A stretch of 64,000 bases of DNA, taken from sequence record SRR31156797_201. The stretch is one strand, 5' to 3'. Of the stretch, positions 48,125-58,206 are shown one piece after another. How positions within the stretch are numbered: the first letter of the stretch is position 1; every line of letters starts with the position of its first letter. Both the position numbers and the translations under genes were made by a program. The notes under the pieces are model-generated. The model searched no databases. It had not been told where the DNA came from and saw nothing but the letters and a program-made list of their open reading frames with translations.

Positions 48125-48763
48125 ATGAGTAAAAAAGTATTGTATATAACAGCAAATCCAAAAACCGAAGAGGAATCATTTGGTTTACAAGTGGGAAGAG
48201 AGTTTATTGAGGAGTATAAACAGCAGAATCCTATGGATGAGCTTACAGAATTGAATCTTTTTGAAACGGATGTACCATTATTGAGTGCTACTGCCTTTGA
48301 TGCATTTGGAGTATTACAAAATGGAGGAAGCCTAGAAGAGTTAAGCAACGAACAGAAATCATTTTTGGGAAGTTTAAATCTACTTTTAGAACAATTTATA
48401 GCTGCAGATGCTTATATTTTTGTAAGTCCATTATGGAATTTTTCTATTCCACCTGTATTAAAGGCTTACATAGATGTTATTCTGCAAGCAGGCAAAACCT
48501 TTCATTATACTGATAATGGACCGGAAGGCTTAATGAAAGGTAAAAAAGCAATCCATATTCAAGCATCTGGAGGAATCTATAGTAAAGGGAATGCGGTGGA
48601 AATGGAATTTGGTCATCGATATTTGAAAACTGTACTTGGTTTTATAGGAATTTCAGACTTGAAGCTGATTCCGGTTGAGGGTGTGGCAATTGGACATTTA
48701 GATGTGAATGAAATAGTGAAATCGTCATCAGAAAAGGCTAGGGAGATGGCATTGGAATTTTAA
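48125..48763 (+). CDS. azoR: FMN-dependent NADH-azoreductase / quinone reductase
   Basis: PLWNFSIPPVLKAYID, AGKTFHYT..GPEGL and ASGGIY. Confidence 0.9.
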   Translation: MSKKVLYITANPKTEEESFGLQVGREFIEEYKQQNPMDELTELNLFETDVPLLSATAFDAFGVLQNGGSLEELSNEQKSFLGSLNLLLEQFIAADAYIFVSPLWNFSIPPVLKAYIDVILQAGKTFHYTDNGPEGLMKGKKAIHIQASGGIYSKGNAVEMEFGHRYLKTVLGFIGISDLKLIPVEGVAIGHLDVNEIVKSSSEKAREMALEF

Positions 48764-48786
48764 AAGTTGATTTTATTCTAATAATC

Positions 48787-48825
48787 ATGCGAATAGAATC
48801 ATTTTCTGAATCTATTCGCATTTTT
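48787..48825 (+). terminator. Intrinsic terminator after azoR
   Basis: ATGCGAATAGA...TCTATTCGCATTTTT. Confidence 0.75.
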
Positions 48826-48951
48826 AGTATCTTGGAGATAATGGTAATTGTTAAAAATCCTTTAAATGTCGGAGTGAAGACATTTTTGACTTTTAAGTAT
48901 ATGTAAAAACAACTATTTTTGTAGTTTAAGTGTCGGACAAATTTTCAACTC

Positions 48952-51321
48952 ATGAAGTTAGATCAATTAATATTGACCAATAAAGAAGTTCCTTTCAAGA
49001 AATCATTAAGTTTTCTTCCTTTGATTAAAAGAATTAAGGCAGAAACAGGTTGTAGTACAAGATCTTGTATTCATGGTAAATCCATTTTGGAATTAGTTGA
49101 GAAAACACCTGAGTTAGCAAGAATTGACTTTCCTATTGAAGATACGGAGAGGTTTAAAGATGAAATTCATCACCTGATGTCATATTTGATAACTCCAATT
49201 CAGTACGAAAATGGGATTGGAGTGGCTTCTACACCTTTCGACGATGATAATTTTTACCATACACCAAAGTATTTGGAATTGTATAACAATGAAAATTATG
49301 AGATAGAATTGGTAGAGCAAAAGCATCAGGATGAGTGTTTTAAGACTTTCACGATGCTGATGTACGCATACATGATGATCCTTCCGAAATATTACAATTT
49401 CGGATTGGAAATGGATTATTTGTTCATGTATAAAGTAACTGATAAACTTAACGGATTAGTTAAATATTATAAACTGGAGTTTGATAATTCATGTTTAGAA
49501 CTTAAATATGAAGGAAAACTTCCGAAGCTTAGCGAAGACCAAATTCATCAAATGATTAATGATCCATTGAATATGGATTTTTGGCTTAAAACTCTTCCGC
49601 TTGACAAATTTACTTTCTGTGGATTTTTATCTTTTTGGTATGTTGATGTGACTCAAATAGAGGTGATCTCATCTTTAAAATCGCAATTACTTGAAAAATC
49701 GGCAATCATTAATAAAGATAATTTTATTGATTTAGAACAAAGTATTCGCTCATTATTGTCATTGCCGAATTTAAATTTAGGTGTAATTGCCATAGGTATG
49801 AATCAGGGGAATGTAGAAAACCCCTCTAATTTTTGGCATGGATTTTTAGATCCCAACAAGTATAAATGCGATGCTTATCAAGGAACATTTTATGAAGAAG
49901 CTGGTCGCTCTAGTGCTCCTGAGTTAATAAATGATTTATCACAGGTAAAAAATCCGGGAAAAATTGAGAAGGCTTTACTAGATAAAGGAATTCGTAATAT
50001 AAGTGTAATACCTTTAGAATTCGAGGGAGAACTAATTGGTATGATGGAATTGGGATCTACCAAAGCTTTTGATATCAATTTTACAAAACTGAGAATTATT
50101 AAAGATATTATTCCTGTTTTCTCGATTGCTCTGCAACGTACAAGTGATGAATTGAAAAATAAGATTGAAGCGACCATTAAGGAAGAGTGTACGGCAATAC
50201 ATCCAAGTGTTGAGTGGAGATTTCAGCAAGCTGCTGCAAATTTATTAGGGAAGAGAGTGGCAGGTGAAAATGCAAGGATGGAAGAAATCGTATTCCCTAA
50301 TGTTCATCCTTTGTATGGTGCAATTGATGTGCGTCATTCATCTGTGATAAGAAATCAAACCATTCAGGATGATTTGGTGGAACAATTACAATTGATTCGT
50401 AAGGTTCTGACAGCGGTATACGAAATCAGGGAAATGCCTATTTACGATCAGTTGATTTACAAAATTGATTTCTTTATTAAGAGCATCCGGGATGGACTTT
50501 CATCAGGAGATGAAATGAATGTTTTAAATTTTGTTCGCCATGATGTTGAACCACTATTTTCTCATTTTGAAAAAGATGGGGATGAGGTAAGAAATGCAGT
50601 GAATATCTATAGGCAAAATATTGATCCTGAATTAAATATTGTATATAAACGACGTAAGGATTTTGAAGATAGTTTAGGATTGATTAATGATTGTGTAACC
50701 TCTTATATAGAGAAAGAGCAGGAAAAAGCTCAATTAATGTTTCCTCATTATTTTGAAAAATATAGAACTGACGGAGTAGAACACAATATTTATATCGGTC
50801 ATAGCATTGCAAATAACCAAAGTTTTGATCGTATTTATTTGAAAAATCTACGTTTATGGCAATTGATCATTAGTGCAGAGTTGGCACGAAAAACGAAGGC
50901 TCTTAAAAAATCCTTGCCAATTCCTTTGGATACGACTGGTTTGATCCTTGTTCACTCCCAACCATTAGCTATACGTTTCCGTCAGGATGAGAAGCAATTT
51001 GATGTTGATGGAGCCTACAATATAAGATATGAAATTGTTAAAAAACGCATTGATAAAGCTGTAATAAAAGGAACAAATGAGCGATTAACACAGCCAGATA
51101 TGCTTGCCATAATCTTTAGTCAGGAAAGTGAAATGACAGAGTATTTAAGGTATTTGGAATATCTAATTGCCGGAGATTATTTTGAAGATAAGATTGAACA
51201 ACTTGACTTAGAAGATTTGCAAGGAGTATATGGATTGAAGGCTATTCGTGTGAAAGTGAAAAATGGACCGGAAGCAATTAATACCCTACAGCTTGCTGAA
51301 GATTTAAAAATGGATAATTAA
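48952..51321 (+). CDS. Large cytoplasmic GAF-domain protein with uncharacterised C-terminal domain
   Basis: GAF features (LINDL, GIRNISVIPL, LIGMMELGS); C-terminal FPHYFEKYRTDGVEHNIYIG and FDVDGAYNIRYE; no TM. Confidence 0.75.
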   Translation: MKLDQLILTNKEVPFKKSLSFLPLIKRIKAETGCSTRSCIHGKSILELVEKTPELARIDFPIEDTERFKDEIHHLMSYLITPIQYENGIGVASTPFDDDNFYHTPKYLELYNNENYEIELVEQKHQDECFKTFTMLMYAYMMILPKYYNFGLEMDYLFMYKVTDKLNGLVKYYKLEFDNSCLELKYEGKLPKLSEDQIHQMINDPLNMDFWLKTLPLDKFTFCGFLSFWYVDVTQIEVISSLKSQLLEKSAIINKDNFIDLEQSIRSLLSLPNLNLGVIAIGMNQGNVENPSNFWHGFLDPNKYKCDAYQGTFYEEAGRSSAPELINDLSQVKNPGKIEKALLDKGIRNISVIPLEFEGELIGMMELGSTKAFDINFTKLRIIKDIIPVFSIALQRTSDELKNKIEATIKEECTAIHPSVEWRFQQAAANLLGKRVAGENARMEEIVFPNVHPLYGAIDVRHSSVIRNQTIQDDLVEQLQLIRKVLTAVYEIREMPIYDQLIYKIDFFIKSIRDGLSSGDEMNVLNFVRHDVEPLFSHFEKDGDEVRNAVNIYRQNIDPELNIVYKRRKDFEDSLGLINDCVTSYIEKEQEKAQLMFPHYFEKYRTDGVEHNIYIGHSIANNQSFDRIYLKNLRLWQLIISAELARKTKALKKSLPIPLDTTGLILVHSQPLAIRFRQDEKQFDVDGAYNIRYEIVKKRIDKAVIKGTNERLTQPDMLAIIFSQESEMTEYLRYLEYLIAGDYFEDKIEQLDLEDLQGVYGLKAIRVKVKNGPEAINTLQLAEDLKMDN

Positions 51322-51345
51322 AATTATTATTACTATAAAAATAGG

Positions 51346-51372
51346 GAAGCCTTTCGAAAGAGAGGTTTTTTT
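51346..51372 (+). terminator. Intrinsic terminator
   Basis: AAGCCTTTC-GAAA-GAGAGGTTT followed by a T-tract. Confidence 0.8.
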
Positions 51373-51520
51373 ATTCTTTATGATATTGAATATTAACAAT
51401 TGATACATTTTTAAGTTTAAAAAGGAATTTGTATTATTGTTTGAAGAAATGGTTTTGTATTCAAGCTATTAAAAATAGAATCCCCACACATTTTATATTT
51501 ATTTCTGAACTTTAAATTTA

Positions 51521-53731
51521 ATGAGGTACATTTTACTTTGTCTGATTGTTGTCTCTTTCTTAACAAAAGGTGTTGCGCAATCAAATGTTGATAGTTTACA
51601 AAAGAAAGAACGACCAAAAATTGGTTTGGTATTAAGTGGTGGTGGTGCTAAAGGTTTTGCCCATGTTGGTGTACTTAAGGTGATTGATGAGTTGGGAATT
51701 CCTATTGATTATATTTCCGGGACGAGTATGGGGAGTATTATTGGTGGCTTTTATGCAATTGGTTATTCTGCAGTCGATATTGAAAAAATGATTCTAAGTC
51801 AAGACTGGGATAAACTTTTAGCAGATGAGGTATCCCGTAAACATGTCCCTTTTCTTGCCAAGCAAAATTACGAGAGACATGTGTTGTCATTTCCGATTAA
51901 GCCTAAAGGTATTGAATTGCCAAGTGGAATTGTGAAAGGTCAAAATGTAATTAATTTATTTGAGCGATTATCTATAGAATATCATAATGTTGATAATTTT
52001 AGAAAATTACCCATTCCTTTTGTTTGTGTTGCTACAGATTTAGAAACGGGAGAGGCCGTAATTTTGGATAAAGGATATTTGCCTGAAGCCATGAGAGCAA
52101 GTATGGCAATTCCAACCGTGTTTTCACCTATCGAAATAGATGGAAAATTGTTAGTTGATGGAGGAATGGTGAACAATTTCCCAGTAAAGGAAGTGGTTGA
52201 AATGGGAGCCGATATTGTTATTGGTGTTGATGTTCAGGCAGGACCAAAATCAAAGGAGGAATTAAATTCTTTTTTAGATGTTATCAATCAAACAGTATCA
52301 CTAATGTCTTTAAAAGAATTTAAGAAAAATATTGACTTTGTTGATGTTTACATTAAGCCTGACATTAATAATTATTCAGTTGGGAGTTTTGATGAAGCTG
52401 ATTCCTTGATCCGAAAAGGAGAGGAAATCGGACGAACTTTTATTCCTGCCTTAAAAGCTTTAAAAGATAAATATCAATTAAAGAAAAATAAGATAAAAAA
52501 ATACAAACCACCTGTTGATTCAACAACTTACTACGTTAAAAATATTGAATTTGAAGGTTTAAATGAAGTAAGTAATTCTCTCTTATCGGGTAAATTAAAT
52601 TTAGATACTCCTGGTGAAGTGAGTTTGTATCAATTGCAGAAAGGTATTAATCGTGGATTTGGAAGTAGATATTTTGATCATGTCGACTTTAAAATGGTAG
52701 GGAATAAGACTAAATCTCTTCAAGTTCGTGTTAAAGAAAGAACAACTAAAAGATTTAATGTGGGATTACGGTACGATTCCGATAATCAAGCTGGTGTTTT
52801 GCTGAATACCACATTTCGTAATAAGTTAAGAAGTGGATCGCAATTATCCTTCGATTTAAAACTGGCAGAGAGTCCACGATTTGTTACAACCTATTCTATT
52901 GATAATGGATTAAAACCGGGACTCACACTACAAGCAGAATATAACGACTGGGAAGTTAATGCTTATGAAGACGGAGAAAAAGTAGGGAATTTCGATTTAG
53001 ATTACGTTAGGTTGGATATAAATACACATTCCATTTTGAAAGAATCATATTCTGTTGGAATTGGTGCAAAGGCAGAATACTATAAGGTTGCTTCTAATTT
53101 TACTATGGTTAATATTCCGGAAAATGAAACTAATGAAGATGATTTTTTCTTTTCATATTATGCATTTTTAAGGGTGGATTCACATGAAAAGGCTTACTAT
53201 CCTAAAAAAGGAGTTAGTTTGTATGGAGAATACAAATTGGTAACAAATAATGGAGCAAGTTTGGATGGAATGGAGAGACCTGCTTCTATAGCCTATTTAA
53301 AATTTCAAAAAGCGATTAGTGTAAGTCCTGCATTAACAATTTATCCAAAGTTTTATGGTAGAGTTATTTGGGGTAAAAATATTCCAGATTTTTTTATGAC
53401 TTATACCGGAGGTATTGATCAAACGGATTATTTTGATATTCAGATTCCATTTGTCGGACTGGATAGAATGGAAATGGCTACTACAAATTCATTTGTGTTC
53501 AGAAGTGATTTTCAATACGAATTATTTAAAAATAACTACTTGGTACTAAAAGCCAATTTTGGAAAACTTACTGATGACGTTAATAATTCTTTAGATGAAG
53601 GAGAATGGATTAGAGGTATAGGTTTAACTTATTCATACAATAGCTTGATTGGTCCTATGGAGTTTTCTTTAATGTATTCGAATAAAAAAGAGAAAGTTTT
53701 GAATTACGTTAGTTTAGGTTTTTGGTTTTAA
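51521..53731 (+). CDS. Patatin-like phospholipase with POTRA and Omp85-like barrel (PlpD architecture)
   Basis: Signal peptide; SGGGAKG, GTSMG and DGG; IEFEGL...VKE POTRA; C-terminal SLIGP...YVSLGFWF. Confidence 0.9.
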   Translation: MRYILLCLIVVSFLTKGVAQSNVDSLQKKERPKIGLVLSGGGAKGFAHVGVLKVIDELGIPIDYISGTSMGSIIGGFYAIGYSAVDIEKMILSQDWDKLLADEVSRKHVPFLAKQNYERHVLSFPIKPKGIELPSGIVKGQNVINLFERLSIEYHNVDNFRKLPIPFVCVATDLETGEAVILDKGYLPEAMRASMAIPTVFSPIEIDGKLLVDGGMVNNFPVKEVVEMGADIVIGVDVQAGPKSKEELNSFLDVINQTVSLMSLKEFKKNIDFVDVYIKPDINNYSVGSFDEADSLIRKGEEIGRTFIPALKALKDKYQLKKNKIKKYKPPVDSTTYYVKNIEFEGLNEVSNSLLSGKLNLDTPGEVSLYQLQKGINRGFGSRYFDHVDFKMVGNKTKSLQVRVKERTTKRFNVGLRYDSDNQAGVLLNTTFRNKLRSGSQLSFDLKLAESPRFVTTYSIDNGLKPGLTLQAEYNDWEVNAYEDGEKVGNFDLDYVRLDINTHSILKESYSVGIGAKAEYYKVASNFTMVNIPENETNEDDFFFSYYAFLRVDSHEKAYYPKKGVSLYGEYKLVTNNGASLDGMERPASIAYLKFQKAISVSPALTIYPKFYGRVIWGKNIPDFFMTYTGGIDQTDYFDIQIPFVGLDRMEMATTNSFVFRSDFQYELFKNNYLVLKANFGKLTDDVNNSLDEGEWIRGIGLTYSYNSLIGPMEFSLMYSNKKEKVLNYVSLGFWF

Positions 53732-53800
53732 TAGAAATACTAAAAATCAATTGTTCTCGTTTTGATTGGTAAGATTTAAATTTAATAAAGTAGAATTTGC

Positions 53801-54862
53801 ATGAATTTCAATAAACTTCTCCTATTACTATCTTTAGTGATTTTATTTGGGAATTCGGTGATAGCTCAAATCGAATCAGATACTACCAACTATGATTGGA
53901 ACCCAAGTGTAGTTGGAGTAGGACCAGTAAGAGGATTTGAAGTGTCTTATCATGCGAATTCGAATTTTGATATTGGATCAGATTCAGATATTTATGGAAA
54001 GGGAAAAGGAGAAATAGATTACAACAGAGTATTTAAAACCAAATTGCGCTTTCCCATTTGGTTGAAAAAAAATCTAAAAATCGCTGGTAGTTTCGAATAT
54101 AGCGATGAAGAAATACATTTTAAAGATATTGAAAATACTAGTTATCCATTATATCGAAGTCTTGATGATAAAAATTTGAAAAGTCTTGGAGGTAGCATTT
54201 ATTTGATGACTCAACTGAGAAGAAACAAGTATTTTATGATTCGTTTTAATGCAAAATTAAAGGGAGATTATTGGAAAGAACATATTGGAGACGTAAGTAA
54301 ATATACCTTTTTAAAAATGGAGGTATCACCGCTTATTGGCTGGAAGGTGAACAAATATAAATCTTGGGGGGTAGGAGTTGCATTTTCATATACTTTTGGA
54401 GATCCTTTAATTTTTCCAATATTTGCCTACAATCACACCTTTGCTGACAAGTGGGGTGTGGAAGCATTTTTACCAGCAAAAATAAAATTGCGTTATCAGG
54501 CTTCTAAACTTTGCTTTATCAATGCAAAAACTTACTTAAAGGGAGGTAGCTACAGTATACATCTTGACGATCCGGCATTAAATGATTTTAAAACATTAGA
54601 ATTGAGAAGGTCCGATGTGAACTTCTCAATAGAAATTGATAAGGGTATTACAGATTGGTTGTGGTTATCATTGGAAAGTGGTTACAGAACAAATATTAAT
54701 TTTGATGTGACAAACAAGAATAATACGTTTAGCTTATCCGGAAGTAAACTTACAAACGAGAATAATATCATTGATTCTTATGCCAAAGGAGGTATGTTTT
54801 ACAACCTTTCCTTGTTTATTGTTCCATCAAAAACATTACTCAAAAAGATTGGTTTAAAGTAA
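53801..54862 (+). CDS. Outer-membrane beta-barrel protein (DUF6268-like)
   Basis: Signal peptide VIA-Q; amphipathic strands; FGDPLIFPI and EAFLP. Confidence 0.65.
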   Translation: MNFNKLLLLLSLVILFGNSVIAQIESDTTNYDWNPSVVGVGPVRGFEVSYHANSNFDIGSDSDIYGKGKGEIDYNRVFKTKLRFPIWLKKNLKIAGSFEYSDEEIHFKDIENTSYPLYRSLDDKNLKSLGGSIYLMTQLRRNKYFMIRFNAKLKGDYWKEHIGDVSKYTFLKMEVSPLIGWKVNKYKSWGVGVAFSYTFGDPLIFPIFAYNHTFADKWGVEAFLPAKIKLRYQASKLCFINAKTYLKGGSYSIHLDDPALNDFKTLELRRSDVNFSIEIDKGITDWLWLSLESGYRTNINFDVTNKNNTFSLSGSKLTNENNIIDSYAKGGMFYNLSLFIVPSKTLLKKIGLK

Positions 54863-54864
54863 GA

Positions 54865-54893
54865 AAGGCAATATCCATAACGAATATTGCCTT
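54865..54893. terminator. Hairpin between convergent genes
   Basis: AAGGCAATAT-9nt-ATATTGCCTT. Confidence 0.65.
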
Positions 54894-54903
54894 AAATTAT
54901 TCC

Positions 54904-56067
54904 TTAAATTGAGTCTATTTCATTTGAGAATATCGAGCTAGCAATATCTCTTAAATTATATCTTGATGCCATTGCCTCGCCATAGGCTCCTGTAGTTCTT
55001 ATGGCAATTAAATCATTCCTTTTAGTTGCAGGCAAATCTACAGATTTACCAAAACAATCGGATGATTCGCAAATAGGTCCAACCACATCATATTTATCTA
55101 TAGAACCATTTGAACTAATATTTTCAATTTTGTGATAGGCTTGATAAAGTGCAGGTCGTAATAATTCTGTCATTCCAGCATCTAAAATGGCGAACTTGGT
55201 GTTTACACCATTTTTAACGTAAAGAACTTTAGAAATTACACTTCCACACTGGGCTACAACCGAACGTCCTAGTTCAAAATGAAGTTCTTGCTTTGGTTTT
55301 AAATTCAAAAATTCATCAAAGATTCCAAAGAATGTTGGAAAATCAGGAATCGGATTTTCATCCGGATTTTCATAATCAACTCCAAATCCTCCTCCTACAT
55401 TAATATGGTCTACGAATACTTGTCGGTTGGTAAACCATTCCTGAATTTCATTAATTCTTAAACAAAGACCTTTAAAAACACTTAAGTCGGTTATTTGAGA
55501 TCCAATATGAAAGTGTAAACCAATTAGTTTAAGGTTTTTTAGGACTTGCAGATTTTCTAAAACACTTTCAAATTCCCATCGATTAATTCCAAATTTATTT
55601 TCTTCGATTCCAGTTGTAATGTAATGGTGTGTATTGGCATTTACATTCGGGTTGATACGAATGGCAATTCTTGCTGTCTTACCCGCTTCTTCTGCCAATT
55701 CGTTAATCAATTCCATTTCTGGTATCGATTCACAATTGAAACAAAAGATATCAGAATCAAGAGCAGTTCGAATTTCTTTATCTGATTTACCTACACCTGC
55801 ATAAACGATCTTATCCGATGTAAATCCACATTCTAAAGATCGGTTGATTTCATTACCACTCACACAATCGGCACCAAATCCATAGGATTGAATTTTTTTC
55901 ATGATACCATGATTTGCATTTGCCTTTACGGCATAGTGAACATGATATCCATACTTAGAGGATTCGGTTTGAATTGTATTAAGAGTTTGCTCCAAAATAT
56001 TCATATCATAGAAATAGAATGGAGTATCTATATTATTGAATTTTTCTATTCTCTTACTGTTGAACAT
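54904..56067 (-). CDS. lysA: Diaminopimelate decarboxylase
   Basis: YAVKAN (PLP Lys), HFHIGSQ, NVGGG, ELGR, RPALY and GPICESSD. Confidence 0.95.
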   Translation of the reverse strand: MFNSKRIEKFNNIDTPFYFYDMNILEQTLNTIQTESSKYGYHVHYAVKANANHGIMKKIQSYGFGADCVSGNEINRSLECGFTSDKIVYAGVGKSDKEIRTALDSDIFCFNCESIPEMELINELAEEAGKTARIAIRINPNVNANTHHYITTGIEENKFGINRWEFESVLENLQVLKNLKLIGLHFHIGSQITDLSVFKGLCLRINEIQEWFTNRQVFVDHINVGGGFGVDYENPDENPIPDFPTFFGIFDEFLNLKPKQELHFELGRSVVAQCGSVISKVLYVKNGVNTKFAILDAGMTELLRPALYQAYHKIENISSNGSIDKYDVVGPICESSDCFGKSVDLPATKRNDLIAIRTTGAYGEAMASRYNLRDIASSIFSNEIDSI

Positions 56068-56094
56068 GATTAAAAATTGGTTGAAAGTGTAACA

Positions 56095-57405
56095 TTAGAA
56101 CAAATGATTACTTAATGCCTGAAGAGCAGCAATCTTATCTTCCTGATTTACTAAAACAGAGATGTTGTGCTTGCTTCCGCCATATGAAATCATACGCAAA
56201 GGGATATTTTCAAGAGCACCCAAAACTTTCTTAGCACTTCCTGCTGATTCCGAAATAAAATCACCAACAATACAAATAATTGATTGATTTTGATCTATTT
56301 CAACACTTCCGTATTTAGCCAATTCGCTTTCTATTTCCTTCAAATTCGAATCATCATCAATGGTTAAAGAAACGGCAACTTCCGATGTGGTAATCATGTC
56401 TATCGGAGTCTTGTAAATTTCGAATACTTCAAAAACTTTGCGCAAGAATCCGTAAGCTAAAAGCATACGACCTGATTTAATTTTGATTGCTGTAATTCCA
56501 TCTTTAGCAGCAATAGCTTTAATCCCTTTTCCAACCAGATCATTGGAGATTAAGGTTCCTGAATCTGTTGGACTTAGAGTGTTTTTTAAGCGTACAGGTA
56601 CACTTTGTGATTTACAAGGCATGATACTGGAAGGGTGCATAATTTTAGCACCAAAATAGGCTAACTCAGCAGCTTCGTCGAAGGATAATTGTTCAAGTGC
56701 TTTGGTATTTTCAACATATCTTGGATCGTTGTTGTGAAAACCATCTATATCAGTCCAAATTTGAACCTCTTCTGATTGCAATACAGATCCTATTAATGAG
56801 GCTGTGTAGTCACTTCCACCTCTCTTTAAATTGTCGATTTCGCCATAAACATTTCTACAAATAAAACCCTGGGTAATGTATAATTTGTGTTCTGTTTCTT
56901 CGCTAAGAATTCGGTCTAAATTTTCTTTGATATAGAAATAATCTGGTTCACCATCCTTATCTATTCTCATGAAATTTAGAGCAGGTAGGAACACTGAATT
57001 AACTCCAGATTCTGACAAATAGTAGTGAAACATAGCAGTTGAAATCAATTCTCCCTGAGCCAAAATCGCCTTTTCCTGAAGTGTGGTAAAGCTTCGGAAA
57101 ACAAAATTTCGGATGTAATTAAAATGAGATGTAATTAGCTCATTTCCTTTTGATTTATATTCTTCACTTGCATATAAATCGACTATTCTTTCTCGATATT
57201 GCTGTTCTAACTCAGTGATCTTTTCGTTAGCTAAATCATTCTGTTCCTGATACAATAGTTCCGTAATTTCAACCAGAGCATTTGTGGTTCCTGCCATTGC
57301 TGATAAAACGATAATTCTGGACTCATCCGCCTGGACGAGTTGAGCCAAATTTTTAATTCTCTCAGGCGATCCTACTGATGTTCCGCCAAATTTTAAAACT
57401 CTCAT
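56095..57405 (-). CDS. lysC: Aspartate kinase (monofunctional, two ACT domains)
   Basis: KFGGTSVG, RGGSDYTA, WTDIDG and ELAYFGAK. Confidence 0.95.
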   Translation of the reverse strand: MRVLKFGGTSVGSPERIKNLAQLVQADESRIIVLSAMAGTTNALVEITELLYQEQNDLANEKITELEQQYRERIVDLYASEEYKSKGNELITSHFNYIRNFVFRSFTTLQEKAILAQGELISTAMFHYYLSESGVNSVFLPALNFMRIDKDGEPDYFYIKENLDRILSEETEHKLYITQGFICRNVYGEIDNLKRGGSDYTASLIGSVLQSEEVQIWTDIDGFHNNDPRYVENTKALEQLSFDEAAELAYFGAKIMHPSSIMPCKSQSVPVRLKNTLSPTDSGTLISNDLVGKGIKAIAAKDGITAIKIKSGRMLLAYGFLRKVFEVFEIYKTPIDMITTSEVAVSLTIDDDSNLKEIESELAKYGSVEIDQNQSIICIVGDFISESAGSAKKVLGALENIPLRMISYGGSKHNISVLVNQEDKIAALQALSNHLF

Positions 57406-57489
57406 TGGTTAATAGTTTTTTGTAATCCAATTCAATTGGAGTGTTTGTTATTGTATTTGCTTTACTATGTTTTTTAGAATTATAAGTTC

Positions 57490-57520
57490 AAAAAAAGCCT
57501 GCAGAATTTCTGCAGGCTTC
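57490..57520 (-). terminator. Leader (attenuator) terminator upstream of lysC
   Basis: Minus strand GAAGCCTGCAG-AAATT-CTGCAGGCTTTTTTT, about 85 nt before the lysC ATG. Confidence 0.85.
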
Positions 57521-57561
57521 TATATTTTATGAGCGTTACATTATTCTACATACAAGTTTTA

Positions 57562-57618
57562 TCACAACTGTTTATTGCGTTTAATCTGTTTCTTGTGTTT
57601 GTAAACTAATATCGTCAT
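57562..57618 (-). CDS. Putative Lys-rich leader peptide MTILVYKHKKQIKRNKQL
   Basis: ATG preceded by A-rich AAAAAAAGAG; 5 Lys codons within the 10 codons at positions 7-16; lies just upstream of the leader terminator. Confidence 0.7.
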   Translation of the reverse strand: MTILVYKHKKQIKRNKQL

Positions 57619-57728
57619 CTCTTTTTTTTAATTTCTGATGTAAAGATGTATAAAATCCGAACAAAAACAATGAAATATTTTCAAATTGTTAAAAAATTAA
57701 CTGAAAATTATTTTTCAAACGTTTTAAA

Positions 57729-58073
57729 TTAAAATAGAATTCCATTCCAGCCCCAAAAGCCTCTTGGCACATCCATAAATTCAACATACACTCTGTCTTT
57801 CGGAATTTTTAGTTTCTCTTCAGCCAAACACGCAAACTTATTCGATAAATCTTTTGTTTTAGTATCTGGTAATCCGATACTTTTTAGTTGAAGAAAAATG
57901 GCTGGATCATTCATTCCTCCTAAGGTCATCTCAATTTTAGGCTCAAATGCTGTCATTACATATTTCTCTGGTTTTCCCAGTTCGAAAGAAATTAATGTGG
58001 AGCATTCTTTCAGAAAATCTTGTTGTTTTCTGCTTGAAAAACTTTTGTTAGTTTGAACTTTTAAATAGGGCAT
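57729..58073 (-). CDS. MIF/phenylpyruvate tautomerase family protein
   Basis: N-terminal Met-Pro, LGKPEKYV, KSIG, DRVYVEF and WGWNG. Confidence 0.88.
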   Translation of the reverse strand: MPYLKVQTNKSFSSRKQQDFLKECSTLISFELGKPEKYVMTAFEPKIEMTLGGMNDPAIFLQLKSIGLPDTKTKDLSNKFACLAEEKLKIPKDRVYVEFMDVPRGFWGWNGILF

Positions 58074-58206
58074 ATGTAAAAGTTTTAAGGTTAAGAATCA
58101 ATTGTATAAAGATCTTTAAATAGGTGTTATTCGAAGTAATTTCTCTGAATAACAAGGCATAAGTTATTATTTAATCATCTATTTACAAAATTAAGGAAGT
58201 TCTTCT

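Noticed and set aside
57406-57728. Lysine riboswitch (L-box) or T-box upstream of lysC
   Set aside because: No AGAGG(U/C)GC start, multi-stem GC-rich core or T-box sequence; a leader-peptide model fits better
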